Shown here: one piece after another, positions 48,601-60,600 of the stretch
Layout of the letters: each line of letters begins with the position of its first letter
How positions within the stretch are numbered: position 1 is the first letter of the stretch
NCBI RefSeq assembly: GCF_964188315.1
Contig: NC_135673.1
Span: 46,500,001 to 46,564,000 of the forward strand
Length of the DNA: 64,000 nucleotides
From: Podarcis muralis
Lineage: Eukaryota
Direction of reading: 5' to 3'
The notes under the pieces: model-generated
The model's database searches: none
What the model was told of the DNA's origin: nothing
What the model saw: the letters and a program-made list of their open reading frames with translations, nothing else
Made by a program: the position numbers and the translations under genes

Positions 48601-51600
48601 TCGCGGGACTCCATGAGCAGCCAGCCCAGCTGTACAGCCCTCAACTACTCCTATGGTGTGAACGCCTGGAAGAGCTGGGTGCAGGCCAAGTACGCTGGTG
48701 GCGAGACCAGCAAGGGCGACGAGCTGCGCTTTGGCCGTAAGTCTGCGCCACGCGGAGGGGCAGTTGCAGTTCTAGGAGATGGGGATGCTGGAGTCAGGGA
48801 GGGAGGAGGAGGAGGAGGAGGAGGAGAAGGAAGGTGTGCCCCCCCCCGGCACTCAGAGGGGGGTTTCTTGGCCGTTCCTCTACCCTCAGAGACTTGAGTT
48901 GGGAGGTTGTAGCCTCTAAGTTGTGGAACTCCCCACAGAGGTGCACTCCTGACACCTTTGTTGCACTGCATATAGCAAACGCCAAAGACGTACTCTTTGC
49001 CCTGGCTTTTGACGCCAGAGGTGCATATTTTAGGGCTTTCCTTTAGTTTTGTGGTTGTAAGTTTGTTTTAGGTTGCTTTTATTAGTTTCGTTTTAGTGCT
49101 ATAGCCCAACTTGGGGACCTTAATTGATGACGGTGATGATGATAATGATCACTCTGCTCTGTTGCTGTCCTGCAGCCAAACCCATGCGGATCAAAGAGGA
49201 CATTCTGGCCTGCACAGCGGCAGAACTGAATTACGGTCTGGCCCAGTTTGTGAAGGAGATCACTCGTCCCAATGGCGAGCGCTATGAGCCTGACAGCATC
49301 TATTACCTCTGCCTTGGCATACAGCAGGTAAGGAGACCCCCCCCCTCCCAAATCTTACCTTCTTTCCATATGCCCAGAAGCAATTGGACCAGCATCCTGC
49401 TGCCGATACACCTGTTGGCTGGCAAGAGAGCTTTCTCTGGGACTGACACATAAGGCTATTGTGTAGGAGGCCGTGATGCTTTTGAATACCTGTTGCTGGA
49501 AACCACAGGAGGGGAGAGTGCTCGAATGGGAGAAATTCATGGAGGAGAGAGCTATTGGTGGCTACTAACCACCGTGGCTCGGCTCTACCTTCACAGCGGG
49601 AGACAGGAATGCTTCTGAATACCAGCTGCTGGAAACCACAGCCGAGAGGGCTCCCGTGCTCTAATCCTGCTTCCTGGCTTCCCACAGGCATCTGGTTGGC
49701 CACTGTGAGAACAGGATGGCATTGGCCTGATCCAGCAGGCTCTTATTAGGTTCGCACGTTCTTACCAGCCTAGCAAGTGTTCTGTATGGAGCTGGGGGGA
49801 GGTAATGAGAGTGTGCATGGGAGAGAGCAGGTTTTGCAGTTTCCTACTTGAATTTGTGTTTCCCATCTCCCCCTTTCAGTACCTGCTGGAGAACAACCGC
49901 ATGGTGAACATCTTCACGGACCTCTATTACCTGACCTTTGTGCAGGAGCTCAACAGGTTGCTCAGCGGCTGGCAGCCCACCATCCTGCCCAATAGTACGT
50001 GCCTTGGGGGGGGGGGCAGAGGGAGGGAAATAAGAGAGGTGTTTTCCTCTTCCCTCGGCATCCTGGGAGAAGTTTCCAGATTCTGGGAAAGGGATATATA
50101 TCGGGCTGTCCAATTTTCAGCGGGTAGCACTAGAGCAGGGAATGGGCTCTTGCCTTCCTGCTTCACTTAGGGGCTTTTCTTGGGACACCCTCCCAGGCAC
50201 CTAATGGATCTTTTGAGGCTCTCATCTGGACTTAATGCTCATAGTCACTGTCAAGCAAAAGGGCCAAGTTCAGAGGCTTCCAGGTCAGGCTTTGGGCATT
50301 TATTTCTTGGTGTCCTCCCCCCACAACAATCACAGTTTGTGGAAGCAGGTTTAATATTTATTACCCACCCTTCACCCCAAGGTTACAGCATTAAAACACA
50401 ATATCGAAAGCAACTGGTAACCATAAACGTTAGGTAGGTCCTAAAACCACATGTCAGAAGCCCAGGGTAAAGAGGTGTCCCTTAGGCATTCTCCAAAAGC
50501 TGTATGATGAAGGCACCAGATGCACTTTTGTGGGGAGGGAGTTCCACAGGCTGCCACCCCTTAAGCCTCTGAGGGTGGAGGAACCACTGAGAGGACCTTC
50601 TCTGCCCATCTTAGCACCCAAGAGGGTCTGTGGTGCTTTGTGCATAGGATATCGACAGCTCTTGGTCTTTTCAGTGAACTGTTCATCAGTCTGTTTTTAT
50701 AGCCATCCCAGGAAGCAGGGCTGTTTTTCATCCTCTTTTCTTCATTCTTAATTTTGGCCCAAGAAGGCGATGGCCGAGCCAGGATTTGAACCCAAGCCCA
50801 ATCTTTTTGGTATAGCTGCCGAGCCAGCCCTTGCCAACTTGTCGCTCTCCAGATATTTTGGACTTGCTGGCGAGAGTTCCCAAACACCTGGAGGTCAACA
50901 GCTTAGGGAAGGAAAGAGTTCAAAAATTATTAGACCAGGTGTTGGAAACCTTTAGTCCTCCAGATGCTGCTGAACTACAACTCCCATCATCACTGACTAT
51001 TGGCAGATGGGAGTTGTAGTCAGAGAACCAAAGGTTCCCCATGCTTTTATGGAGCCAAAGAAGGCGAGCAAAGAAAGAATGCAGCAAACTTACAGAAAGA
51101 TGAGGAATGGTTGAGGAAGTTGGCAGTGTTTAGCCTGGAGAAGAGAAGACCAAGGGGAGATAAGATAGCCATCTTCAAATAACTGAAGGGCTGCCACACG
51201 GCAGATGGAGCAAGCTTGTTTTCTCCTTTTCTGGAGGGTAGGACCTGAACCAATGGGTTCACGTTACAAGAAAGGGGATTCCGGCTCAACATCAGGAAGA
51301 AACTTTGGGCACTAAGAGCTGTTTGACAGTGGAATGGACAGCCTCAGAAGGTGATGATGGCATCTCCTTCATTGGAACGGAGGTGGTCGTCTGTCATGGA
51401 TTATTTAGCTGTGATTCCTGCATTGCAGAGGGTTGGACTACATGGTGCCTTGGGAGCCTTTCAGTGCTATGGTTCTATTCAAGTTAAAAAAAAGATGGTC
51501 TGGAAGCCGTAAACCAATTTCCTCCAAACTGGTGCCATGTCCGGTTGTTTTAGATTCCCCCCAGCCTGTGTTGGCCGGGGCTGATTGGAGCTGGAGTCTG

Positions 51601-54491
51601 AAACATCTAGGGTGTCTGGGTTGGGGAGGGCTGCACTAAATGATAGGTTCATGCGTGTAGTGCAGAAAAAGAGCTAGAAAATATGCTGAAATGAATATAT
51701 GTATATAACAAACACTTCCCCTCTCCAAAGTAACAATTGATGGGTTTCTCGTACTGGTTTCTTGCCAGCCGTGTGCTCGATTGTGCGCACAGCAGAAAAC
51801 GAGCAACTGAGTTTATTATACTAAGGCCAGTTCTAAATGCGTCAGACCTGAGAAAAGGAGGGGGTCCCATAGCAACAGGCTACTTAGGTTTCCTGGTATT
51901 GCACCAGATGCAGCCTTCCTAGCCTCTTAGTGCAGCGCTCTTCAACCTGATGTTTTCTGTATCTTTTAATTAAAATATATGTATATATAAATAAGCCACA
52001 CCTTCAAACTGAACATCAAAAGGCAGTATGCAGCTTAAAAGCGCAGCAGTGTAATAATAAAAATATTAAGAATGTCAGATGTATCAATAAAAGCTCATGG
52101 TAAAGAATGTCAGGTTTGAAAGGCCCACCTGAGTAAAACAGTTTGCAGAAACAATGGCTTCAAGGTACAAGGAAGGACTTTCTGATAGCAAGATCTGTTT
52201 GACATGGAACGGTCTCTCTCAGGAGGCTGTGGGCTCTCCTTCCTTGAGGGTTTTTAAGCAGAGGTTGACTGGCCACCTGTCATGGATGCTTTAGCTGAGA
52301 TTCCTGCATTGCAGGGGGCTGGACTGGATGACCCTCAGGGTCCCTTCCAGTTCTGCAATTCTAAGATGCCTACAAGTTGAGCTTGGATGACTCTTGCCAA
52401 ACCTCTGTTCGCAAGGAGTTCCACAGGGCAGGGCCAAGGGAACCTCAGGAGCATGTTGGACCACCCAGAGTTTCCCATCAGAAGGCTTAAGTGATCCAGG
52501 TGGGGCATAAGACACCAGGGGCTTCATAAAGCCCAGTCAACTTGATCTGCAGCTCCCATGAGCCCTAGCCAGTGCATCAAAGCACAGTTCTTGGCTCTGT
52601 CTGTTGCCTTGTGGCTCACTATGCCTGTGACAGTGGTGGCTTCTCCTTTTGCAGACACCGTCTTCTCCCGCGTGGAAGAGGAGCACCTCTGGGAGTGCAA
52701 GCAGCTGGGCGTCTACTCCCCCTTCGTGCTCCTCAACACACTCATGTTCTTCAACACCAAGTTCTTTGGGCTGCAGACAGCTGAGGAGCACATGCAGCTC
52801 TCCTTCACCAACGTCGTGCGCCAGTCGCGCAAGTGCACCACAGCACGGGGCACCACCAAGGTGGTGAGCATCCGCTACTATGCTCCCGTGCGGCACCGGA
52901 AGGGGAGAGGTAGGGAATGCTTTCCGCCCACATCCATTTGCTGCCCATCTGTTTTGGGGGTGCCCCTGTCCTGACTGCACCTCCACACTCTCCCTGCAGA
53001 TGGCGGCCTGGGCAAGCGGAAGCGAGAGGAGGAAGCGCCTGTCTTGGAGCAGCGCGAGAACCGCATGAACCCCCTGCGCTGCCCGGTCAAGTTCTACGAG
53101 TTCTATCTCTCCAAATGGTGAGAGCCTTTTGCAGCAGCTGACTGCCAGAGGGTGCAGGGCTGCTGAATGCCAGCTGCTGGGAAACCGCAGGAGGGGTGAG
53201 GTGGCTCTTGTGCTCAGGCCTTGCTTGCGGGCTTTTTGCTAGGCGTCTGGTTGGCCACTGCGAGAACAGGGGGCCCTTGGCCCATTCCGACAACTAGGCC
53301 CATTTGATATTCAGTTGGTTCCTGAACGTTAGTTGGCTGGGCTCAGGGGTCCCCAGTATGATGGCAGTAGGCCATGGACCCCCGCAGAGGCTTTCCCTGG
53401 GGCTTGGAGGGTCGTCCCTGACCCCAGTTTTCCTCTGCGGATATTAAGCTTGGGGAGGTTGACTGTTGCTCACTCCTCCAAAACTTGCACCCTCCAGAAA
53501 GATTGCACCATCCTCTCCCTCCCCCCCCCCCGACACCCATTAGGCTTAAGAAAAAGAAAAGGCCCCCTTTTGAAGCCTAAATGCGTTGGTGGGAACGAAC
53601 TCCTAGTGGTGCAACAGTAAAGGTGCTAGCACATTTGCAAAGCTAAGCAGGGTCTGGTATGGTTTCAAATGGGATGGGGGACTGTGTGTTGGGAATCCTG
53701 CATTGTAGGGCATTGAGCTAGATGGTCCTCAGGGTCCCCTCCAACTCTACAATGCCTCGTTTCTGTGTGCACAGGGTCGCAGTGCGCAAGATTGCAGCTC
53801 ATGCATGGTGGTGCTCATGACAGTTTCTCTGCATTGCCTCAGTACTTGAAGGACCCAGAAAGCTTGGCTACACCCCCCCCCCCCCCCGTTTCGCTGTTAG
53901 GTAGATGCCGATGGCAGGGGGAGGCTAGTGCCGTTGCTGCCAGTGGTGGTGGTAGTCATATGCAGTGGTGTTTTACCCATTCATTTTTTTTAAACGGGCA
54001 ACAAGGGCGGTGGTGGCAGCAGGATGCAGCAGGCATTGAGGCAGCCATTGTGAAGATGGAGCAGGTGGTGTTGAAAGGTTTTGGCCAGAGCAGAAAGCCG
54101 CTGCTCTGCAGTCCTTGCTCCTCAGTGCAGCTTGGGGTCCCCTGTCTCTTGGTTCAGGGCTTATGTGCTGAACCTGAAGAGCGGGCAGTGGGGGACCAGG
54201 GAAGGGTGGGGTTCCCGCCTAGGCCAGGAGCCCCTTCTCTGGCCTCATTGCTTATCTCCTCTTGCCTTCCTTCCTTCCGGCTGCAGCCCTGAAAGCCTGC
54301 GAAACCGCAATGACGTCTTCTACCTGCAGCCTGAGAGGTCATGCATCGCCGAGTCGCCGCTGTGGTACTCCGTCATCCCCATGGACAAAAGCATGCTCGA
54401 GAGCATGCTCAACCGCGTCCTGGCTGTGCGCGAGATCTACGAGGAGCACAGCCGCGGAGGTGGAGGCGGCCTGGATGACGAAATGGACTGA
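31907..54491 (+). CDS. ZMYM3: Zinc finger MYM-type protein 3, complete, 24 coding exons, 4296 nt, ~1431 aa
   Basis: Exons: 31907-32768, 34078-34121, 34585(or 34579)-34651, 35396-35687, 35923-36100, 37314-37526, 37931-38081, 38915-39030, 40566-40652, 40970-41120, 41619-41791, 41914-42079, 43634-43698, 44011-44185, 44505(or 44508)-44620, 44728-44902, 45272-45418, 46160-46263, 48568-48736, 49176-49327, 49880-49994, 52655-52909, 53000-53117, 54287-54491. All introns are GT-AG and phases match. Tandem MYM fingers (CxxC...FCSxxC), PxP-rich LPIPVPIFVPVP, C-terminal DUF3504-like region (LLNTLMFFNTKFFG, NPLRCPVKFYEFYLSKCP). The first coding exon's acceptor is at 31894-31895. Confidence 0.97.
37704..37763 (+). 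repeat. Compound (GT)n-(AG)n microsatellite
   Basis: Read directly from the sequence. Confidence 0.95.
42602..42661 (+). repeat. (TTTC)15 microsatellite
   Basis: Read directly from the sequence. Confidence 0.95.
47164..47399 (+). mobile_element. hAT-type MITE (third copy), right TIR truncated
   Basis: CAGGGGTCAGCAAACT...GGGCCTTAGTTTGCC, colinear with 18930-19171. Confidence 0.85.
51090..51480 (+). mobile_element. CR1 LINE 3' fragment
   Basis: Encodes LRKLAVFSLEKRRPRGDKIAIFK and carries the CR1 3' UTR motif. Other CR1 tails at ~9280-9330, 22050-22120(-), 33835-33890(-), 38735-38800(-), 45870-45960(-), 52135-52365 and 53690-53750. Confidence 0.8.
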
Positions 54492-55364
54492 GCAGGTGGT
54501 GCCGGTCTTGCCAGAGGGAGATTGGGGGCCCCCAGCACTACTCCAGTCAGCTAGTGGGTGACTGTGGGGTGTGTGTGGCTTGCTGCCCCTTTCCTGCCTG
54601 GTTTGGTGGGCACATAGGGCTCTAGACACTCCCCACTAGGTGATCCCTTTCCCTCTGACGAGGAGCCACCCCCACCCTCCCCTCTCCTCCCACGCTGCCT
54701 AGGAGTGCCTGCTTGCCTGCCCCTTTCTCCTTGCTATGTGTTGGCTTGGGGGGAGTGCCACAGGTAGGCTCTTCGCCTGGGGAGGGAAGGGTGCAGGGCG
54801 TGTCTTCGCTGTTGCAGGAGAGCTGGGCTCTGGGGGTGCAGACCCTGTGCCTGGTTGTGCTAATTGGGGCGGGGTGAATGAATTGGCTCCTTGCCGTGCA
54901 CGTTCTCTTGCACGGGGTGGGGGGGTGGGGGCTTCTACAGTTCTCCCCTTGCCCAGTAGATGGCAGTCCTCCCTCCCCCCACCCATCCCCAACGGTTGAA
55001 CACTCTGTTCTCTCTCGTGTTGGGGGAGACTAGGCCCTAGCATTGCACCCTGAGCCTCCTTCTCCCCTGCTTCCTCGATGCTAGCTTGGCCGCCCACCCC
55101 ACCACGCCCACTGCCCCATGAGGCAGAGGCTGCTCAGCATCCCACCAACCCTTTCCTCACCCATCTGTGTGTGTTGCGTTGAACTCTGAGCTATGGCTGG
55201 TGCTGGTGCTGGTGCTGTCTGTTGAGCCTGTATATATTGTTCTGGCCCAGCCCCTGTCTGTGTCCTTGTTGCCAGTGAGCCAGTCTGCGGGTCTCGTCGT
55301 CGTAGTGATGCTCAGGGCATTAGGACCTGCCCTCCCCGCGTCTCTCTGGAAACCATTCATTTCA

Positions 55365-55370
55365 AATAAA
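55365..55370 (+). terminator. Polyadenylation signal of ZMYM3 (3' UTR ~54492-55390)
   Basis: First AATAAA downstream of the stop codon, followed by a U/C-rich tract. Confidence 0.7.
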
Positions 55371-56129
55371 GGCACAAAAACTTTGCCGACTTGTCTCTCT
55401 TCATCTCTTATTCCAGGGCTGTGGTCCTTGTCTCTGTGCCCCCAAAATGTGGTGATGCACGAGAACAGGGTTGGAGGCCCCATGTACCAGCGAGGTAATT
55501 TCCATTGGTGGGTGTGCATGTGGCAGCCAGCATGCCTTACCAACTTTTATGCCCCCAGGGGAAGACCTCCACCCCCTTCCCTGACTTGGCTGCTGTGGGT
55601 CCCATTGCATCCGCTCTCTGCTCCGACTGAGCCTGCCTTGAAGCGTGCTCTTTCCACTTCCTGGCCACTAAGGGGCAGCAGACACCAAGAGAATCTTCCA
55701 AAGTGCCTGGCCATTGTCCAGTGCTCTTCTCTGCTTGTGGCTTTGCAGCAGCTGCTCCCAAAAGTGGCTGAAGTCTCTGCTTCAGGCATTTGGGGCTGAT
55801 GCCTAGAAGAAGAGGGTCTCGAGACTTAGGACCAGCCTGGGACTCTCCCTCAGAGTCCCCCTTCTTCATTGGAAAGGGAGCTGTGAAGTCTCTGCTGCTT
55901 CTCCTAGCGTGGCAAAGTTGCTCTCTGATGAAAGGGCAGGCTTGGGAGGTAAAGGAGAGAGGCCTGAGGCTTCCTAATTCCTGAGCAGGTACAGGCTACC
56001 TTTCCTCCAGCCCAGGAATTCTCTGTCTGATCAGGCATTGGGGTAGGGATTTCGACTTGGTGGTGCATCTAATGCCCGTGGGAACACTTGGGTCTTGCTA
56101 TCCAGTGTGAGGTTAGCAAAGTCCCTTGG

Positions 56130-57068
56130 CTAAACAGCCAGGTCACTGGACCTCCACTTGTTGCTTGATTTGCTGGACTTGCTTCCTCGCTTCTGCCCTC
56201 CGCCCCAAGCGGGGCTCTCGCTCACTCCCTCCGTCCGTGGACTGGCTTTCTCTGCAGGCTGCAGAGAGGGGCTGCTGGGAGGCGTAGCACTGGGGCAGTG
56301 AAGCAGGCGGTGGCGGTGGCTGGCAGGCTCTCCTTCCGGCTGCCCTTCTGGGCTGAGCTTGGGCTCAGGGCCTTGCCTGCACTTAGTGGTGGCCACGTGG
56401 TACAGCTCCACCATGTTGAGCAGGAGGGAGAGGCAGGCGACGGCCAGCATGAAGAGGATGAAGATGGTTTTCTCGGTGGGCCGGGAGATGTAGCAGTTGA
56501 CCGTGTTGGGGCAGGGCCAGCGGCTGCAGGTGTAGAGGGGCTTCAACTCAAAGCCATACAGCACGTACTGGCCCAGGATGAAGCCCACCTCAAAGAGAGC
56601 CTTGAAGACAACATTGCAGAAGTACGTTCGCAAGATGGCCCCTTGCAGGCGGATCCTTCCGCAGGCGTCCCGCACAGGGGCTGTGCCAGGCCTGGGCTGA
56701 GCTGCTGGGCTGCTGCTGACCTCCACCTGAACCCCCGGGGAGGCCCCCAGCTCTTTCTCTTCCATGCGCACCAAGTGCAGGATGTGGCCCAGGTAGATGA
56801 GGCTGGGCGTGGAGACGAAGATGATCTGCAGCACCCAGAAGCGGATGTGGGAGATGGGGAAGGTCTGGTCGTAGCAGACGCTCTGGCAGCCGGGCTGCTT
56901 GGTGTCGCAGGAGAAGTTGGACTGCTCGTCCCCCCACACCTTCTCTGCTGCCGCCCCCAGGACGAGGATGCGGAAGATGAAGAGGACAGTGAGCCAGACT
57001 TTGCCCACCACCGTGGAGTGCTCCTGTGCGCTCTCCAGCAGCCTCCCAAGCAGGTGCCAGTCGCCCAT
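56130..57068 (-). CDS. Alpha-group connexin, GJA3-like (gja2/cx39.9-type by synteny), 312 aa, single coding exon
   Basis: Starts [50 protein letters not shown]1 C-x6-C-x3-C ([12 protein letters not shown]), E2 C-x4-C-x5-C ([12 protein letters not shown]), [10 protein letters not shown]-terminal ...RSSDLAV. Acceptor TTTCTTGCAG at 57090-57089, 20 nt before the ATG. Confidence 0.93.
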   Translation of the reverse strand: MGDWHLLGRLLESAQEHSTVVGKVWLTVLFIFRILVLGAAAEKVWGDEQSNFSCDTKQPGCQSVCYDQTFPISHIRFWVLQIIFVSTPSLIYLGHILHLVRMEEKELGASPGVQVEVSSSPAAQPRPGTAPVRDACGRIRLQGAILRTYFCNVVFKALFEVGFILGQYVLYGFELKPLYTCSRWPCPNTVNCYISRPTEKTIFILFMLAVACLSLLLNMVELYHVATTKCRQGPEPKLSPEGQPEGEPASHRHRLLHCPSATPPSSPSLQPAEKASPRTEGVSESPAWGGGQKRGSKSSKSSNKWRSSDLAV

Positions 57069-57399
57069 GGGTGCAAGGCGGGCTTGCCCTGCAAGAAAGG
57101 GAGGTTCAGACAATTGGGGTGGGGTGCTGGCACTGCTGCCTCTCTTCCCCTCCCTGCCAACGGGGAGAGAGGAGGGGCAGGACCTACCTGTGCCAAGCAG
57201 GCTGCCCTTTGATGTATGAGGAGTCATTGTGCTTTTGTTCTCGGGGTAGGGCCCATTGTGTGCATGTCCCTTGAAAAGCCAGGCATTTAACCGGATAAAT
57301 AGCTTAGTGCCCAGGAGTGGAGCTGAGCACCTGTTGCCTGCAAGGACAAGCCTTGGCCCCAAAGCACAGTTCTTCCCCTCAGATCTGGGCACAGCTGGG

Positions 57400-57615
57400 A
57401 GATGGCCAAGACCCTCTTTCTGCCCCTCCAGCCCTATGGTGTGGCCACAGCTCAGGGGCATAGCACCTGCTTGGCATGCAGAAGGCATGCAGTTTCCATC
57501 CCCAACATCTCCAGGTAGGACTGGGAACATCCCCTGCCCCAACCCTGGAGAGCTGCTGCCAGTCAGTGAGGACAATACTGATCTAAATGGAGTGGTGGTC
57601 CGACTTGGTTTATAA
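57400..57615 (+). mobile_element. tRNA-derived SINE (second family)
   Basis: GCTCAGGGGCATAGCACCTGCTTGGCATGCAGAAGG...CATCTCCAGGTAGGACTGGG...GCCAGTCAGTGAGGACAATACTG. Related copies at ~19190-19270(-), 22930-23080, 46420-46560 and 62820-62990(-). Confidence 0.65.
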
Positions 57616-60600
57616 GCAAGCTTCCTATGCTACACACCACCCCTAGCACCACCTGCGAAAAATAAGTAAATAGCGGACCAAGATTACTACCGGCCCAAGC
57701 TGGGGTTGTGCCCAAAGCAGCAAGTTCATAGAGCCAAGGTGGCTGCTGGGGGTGGGGTGGTAAGTCCTTCCAAAGTCAGACTCCACCCAGGTGCAGCAAC
57801 ACTCACCCTGTCTGCGTTCGGAGGTCCTGGCATCAAAACACTTCACATCCTGGCCAGCATCCCAGGTGTTGTCAGCTCCCTTGGGTGTCAGCAGCTCCTC
57901 CTTCGAGCCACCTCTGAGCGCCTGTCCGGCTGTCTCTTCCGCCGGTGACCACAATGGAGCAACGATCTCTTCCTGGTGTCTCTCCTCCCTGGGCTGGGGC
58001 TTTGTTGCCATTGGGGCTTTGCTGCTCATTGGCTGTTTTCATGACTGACCTCTGCAGCATCCACTGGGGGGTCACTTCCAACACTCTTATTTTTGGACAG
58101 CACACTTGGTTAATTATAGCCCCTCCTGCAGGGCGAGTGCGAAGGGTGAGTGGGGTTATATTTAGGCAGGAGCTCTCTGGTGAGAGGGACCTTGGAATGA
58201 CCTGCGGACGAGAGAGGCTATGCTCTGGGATGGTCGTTCTGCTTCCTCTAGTCAGTCACCACCTCATCACCCTCGGAAGCCGCAGCATTCCTCCCTCTTG
58301 TGTCTGTAGCAATGGTAGGGAGAAAGTCAACAAAGAGAAAGGGGAATATTTCCCCCCCGCATGTGCTGCTAAAACTTTGGACCACCCGGTGAAGCTGAAT
58401 GTTGGAAACCTTAACAGACAAAAGAAAGGACTTATTTATGGTGTTCCCACCTGGTGATGGCCACCTACCTGGGTGGCTTTAGAAGATTAGACAAAATCAT
58501 GGAGAACAAGGCTACTGGTGGTCACTGACCCTGATTCCTGTGTTCTCCCTCTGCTTTGGAGACAGTAAACGAAAACCAGTTGCTGGGAATCCCAAGCAGA
58601 GAGAATTGTGTTGTGCTCATTTCCCAAGTGTGGGTTTCCAAGAGACATCTCCTTGGCCAATTTGAGAACAGGATGCTGGACTAGATGGGCCCCTTTGGCC
58701 TGATCCAGGAACCAGCATCATCTTACATTCTGAATGTGACATTTTGGGGGATGCAGTGCCTCTTGTGCAGCTTCTTGCAACAAGCCAGTATGCTCCCAAC
58801 TCAAGAGAGCTGCTTCAGAAGTCAGGGAGAGTAGTGTGACAGGTTACCAACCTCCTTTGTGACCAACCTCCTTGCCCACATCCCAGTCCAGTGGTCACTG
58901 GAGCAGGTGGTACGCAGTGGCTTATGTTGGGGAAGGGAAATAAATATATCTTGCGTTCTTGCACAGTGCATTTTCCTGTGCAGTGTACAAGCCAGTATGT
59001 TGTGTGGTTTGAGTGCTGAACTAGGACCTTGGGAGGCCAGGGTTTGAATCTCCTCTGAAGCTCCCTAGGTGACATTGAACCACTCACTGCCTCTCAACCC
59101 TAACCCACCTCACAGGGTTGTTGTGGGGATTAATTGGGGGGGGGGGTAGCCATGTCATTGAGCTCTCTGAAGGAAAGGTGAGATGTAAATGCAATGCAAC
59201 CAATCAATAAAACCACTCAGTGTTTATCAGGGACCACTTGAGGTGAAGAGGAACAAAACATTTTCAAGGTGAGCACAGCACAAGGTTCATCTGCCATGTG
59301 GACCTTAGCAATTTACCCTGCACACTCACATACCAGTAAGATAAGCAGGTGGTGTCAGAAGGCTAGGCTTCACTTTATGCATTTTAAAGTAAAAAAATAA
59401 ATAAGTCAACTGCATCATACGGAGTCAGTTCTTTGGTCCATGTAGCTCAGTATTGACAACACTGGCTCGCCAGGGTTTGGGGTAGGGAGACAGTCCAAGC
59501 TCTGCCTCAAACCTGCCTTTTTGTTTTCAGTTTTCTAAAACTAGATACCTGGATCTGTTTATAAGCCAAGGTTAACTCATTTAAAAGTAGGAACATTTTA
59601 AAAATAATTGCAAGTGTGAGCTGGGGATTTTGGGGAGAGCAGTGCACGGACGGGAACAACCTGTCCTCGGGCAGCTTTTCCTCATCCAGGCTGAAAAACC
59701 TGCAGGAATTTCCCTCGGATCTTGTTCTTTGAAAGAAAAAAGGGTACTTGTGGATGAAGCACAGCTTCCAAACCTCCCCATCCACCTTACTCTGCAAATG
59801 TTTGACCTTCTTTGAATCGCAGCCCTGTCCCTCTGGCCTGAGCAGAGCAGCCTTCCTGTCAGCAATGTCCTTCATGCAGCAAGTTTTGATAGGCTATGCT
59901 CTTATCTTCACTGTTGGAGGCAGTATGCTCCGAAATCCCCACTGCTGGAAACTACAGGGAGGGAAAGGTTGCTGCTGGATCAGGTCCTGCTGGCAGGCTT
60001 CCCATCTGGTTGGCAACTCTGCCGGATTAGATGGGCCACCAACCTGATCCAGCAGGGCTGTCCTTAGGTTCTTCAGCCTCAAGTCTCCAGAGGTGGCTGT
60101 TCCCAGCCAGCTTAGCCAGTGGGCATCTTGGACACTCAAGGTTGAAGAACACCAGAATAGACTATGTAAGAGCCCTGCATGAAAACTTGCAGCAGTGTGG
60201 CCGTTGAGGATTAGTGCCCTTCCTGAGCTCCCGATGAGAAGCGGTTACTCAATGGTCAGTAGATGGGGCTATTCTCAATTTTGGGATGAAGCAGGGGCTT
60301 TCCCCTCTGGGCATGTTGCTCAGAGCCGTTCCCAACCCACTGGAGATTTGCCCTGCTCTTCTTGCATGGAGCTCCAGACCTTTGGTTGAATGAAAGAGCC
60401 GCCCTACCTTGTTAGGAAAGAGGCACAGCTCAGGGGTAGGTCCACCTGCCTTGCATTTGCCATATGTCCAGTTAAGAAGGATCAAGTAGTACGCAATAAG
60501 GAGGACCCTGCAGAACTACTGTCAGGAAGTGGAGAAAAGTCCTAGCTGGACAAAGAAGTCTGCCTTAGGATGCCAACTTCTGAAATATTGCTGGAATAAT

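Noticed and set aside
57089-57575. 481-aa version of the connexin ORF (56130-57575)
   Set aside because: The extra 169 codons run through a clear branch point, pyrimidine tract and AG (57090-57089) and through a SINE. They are intronic read-through.
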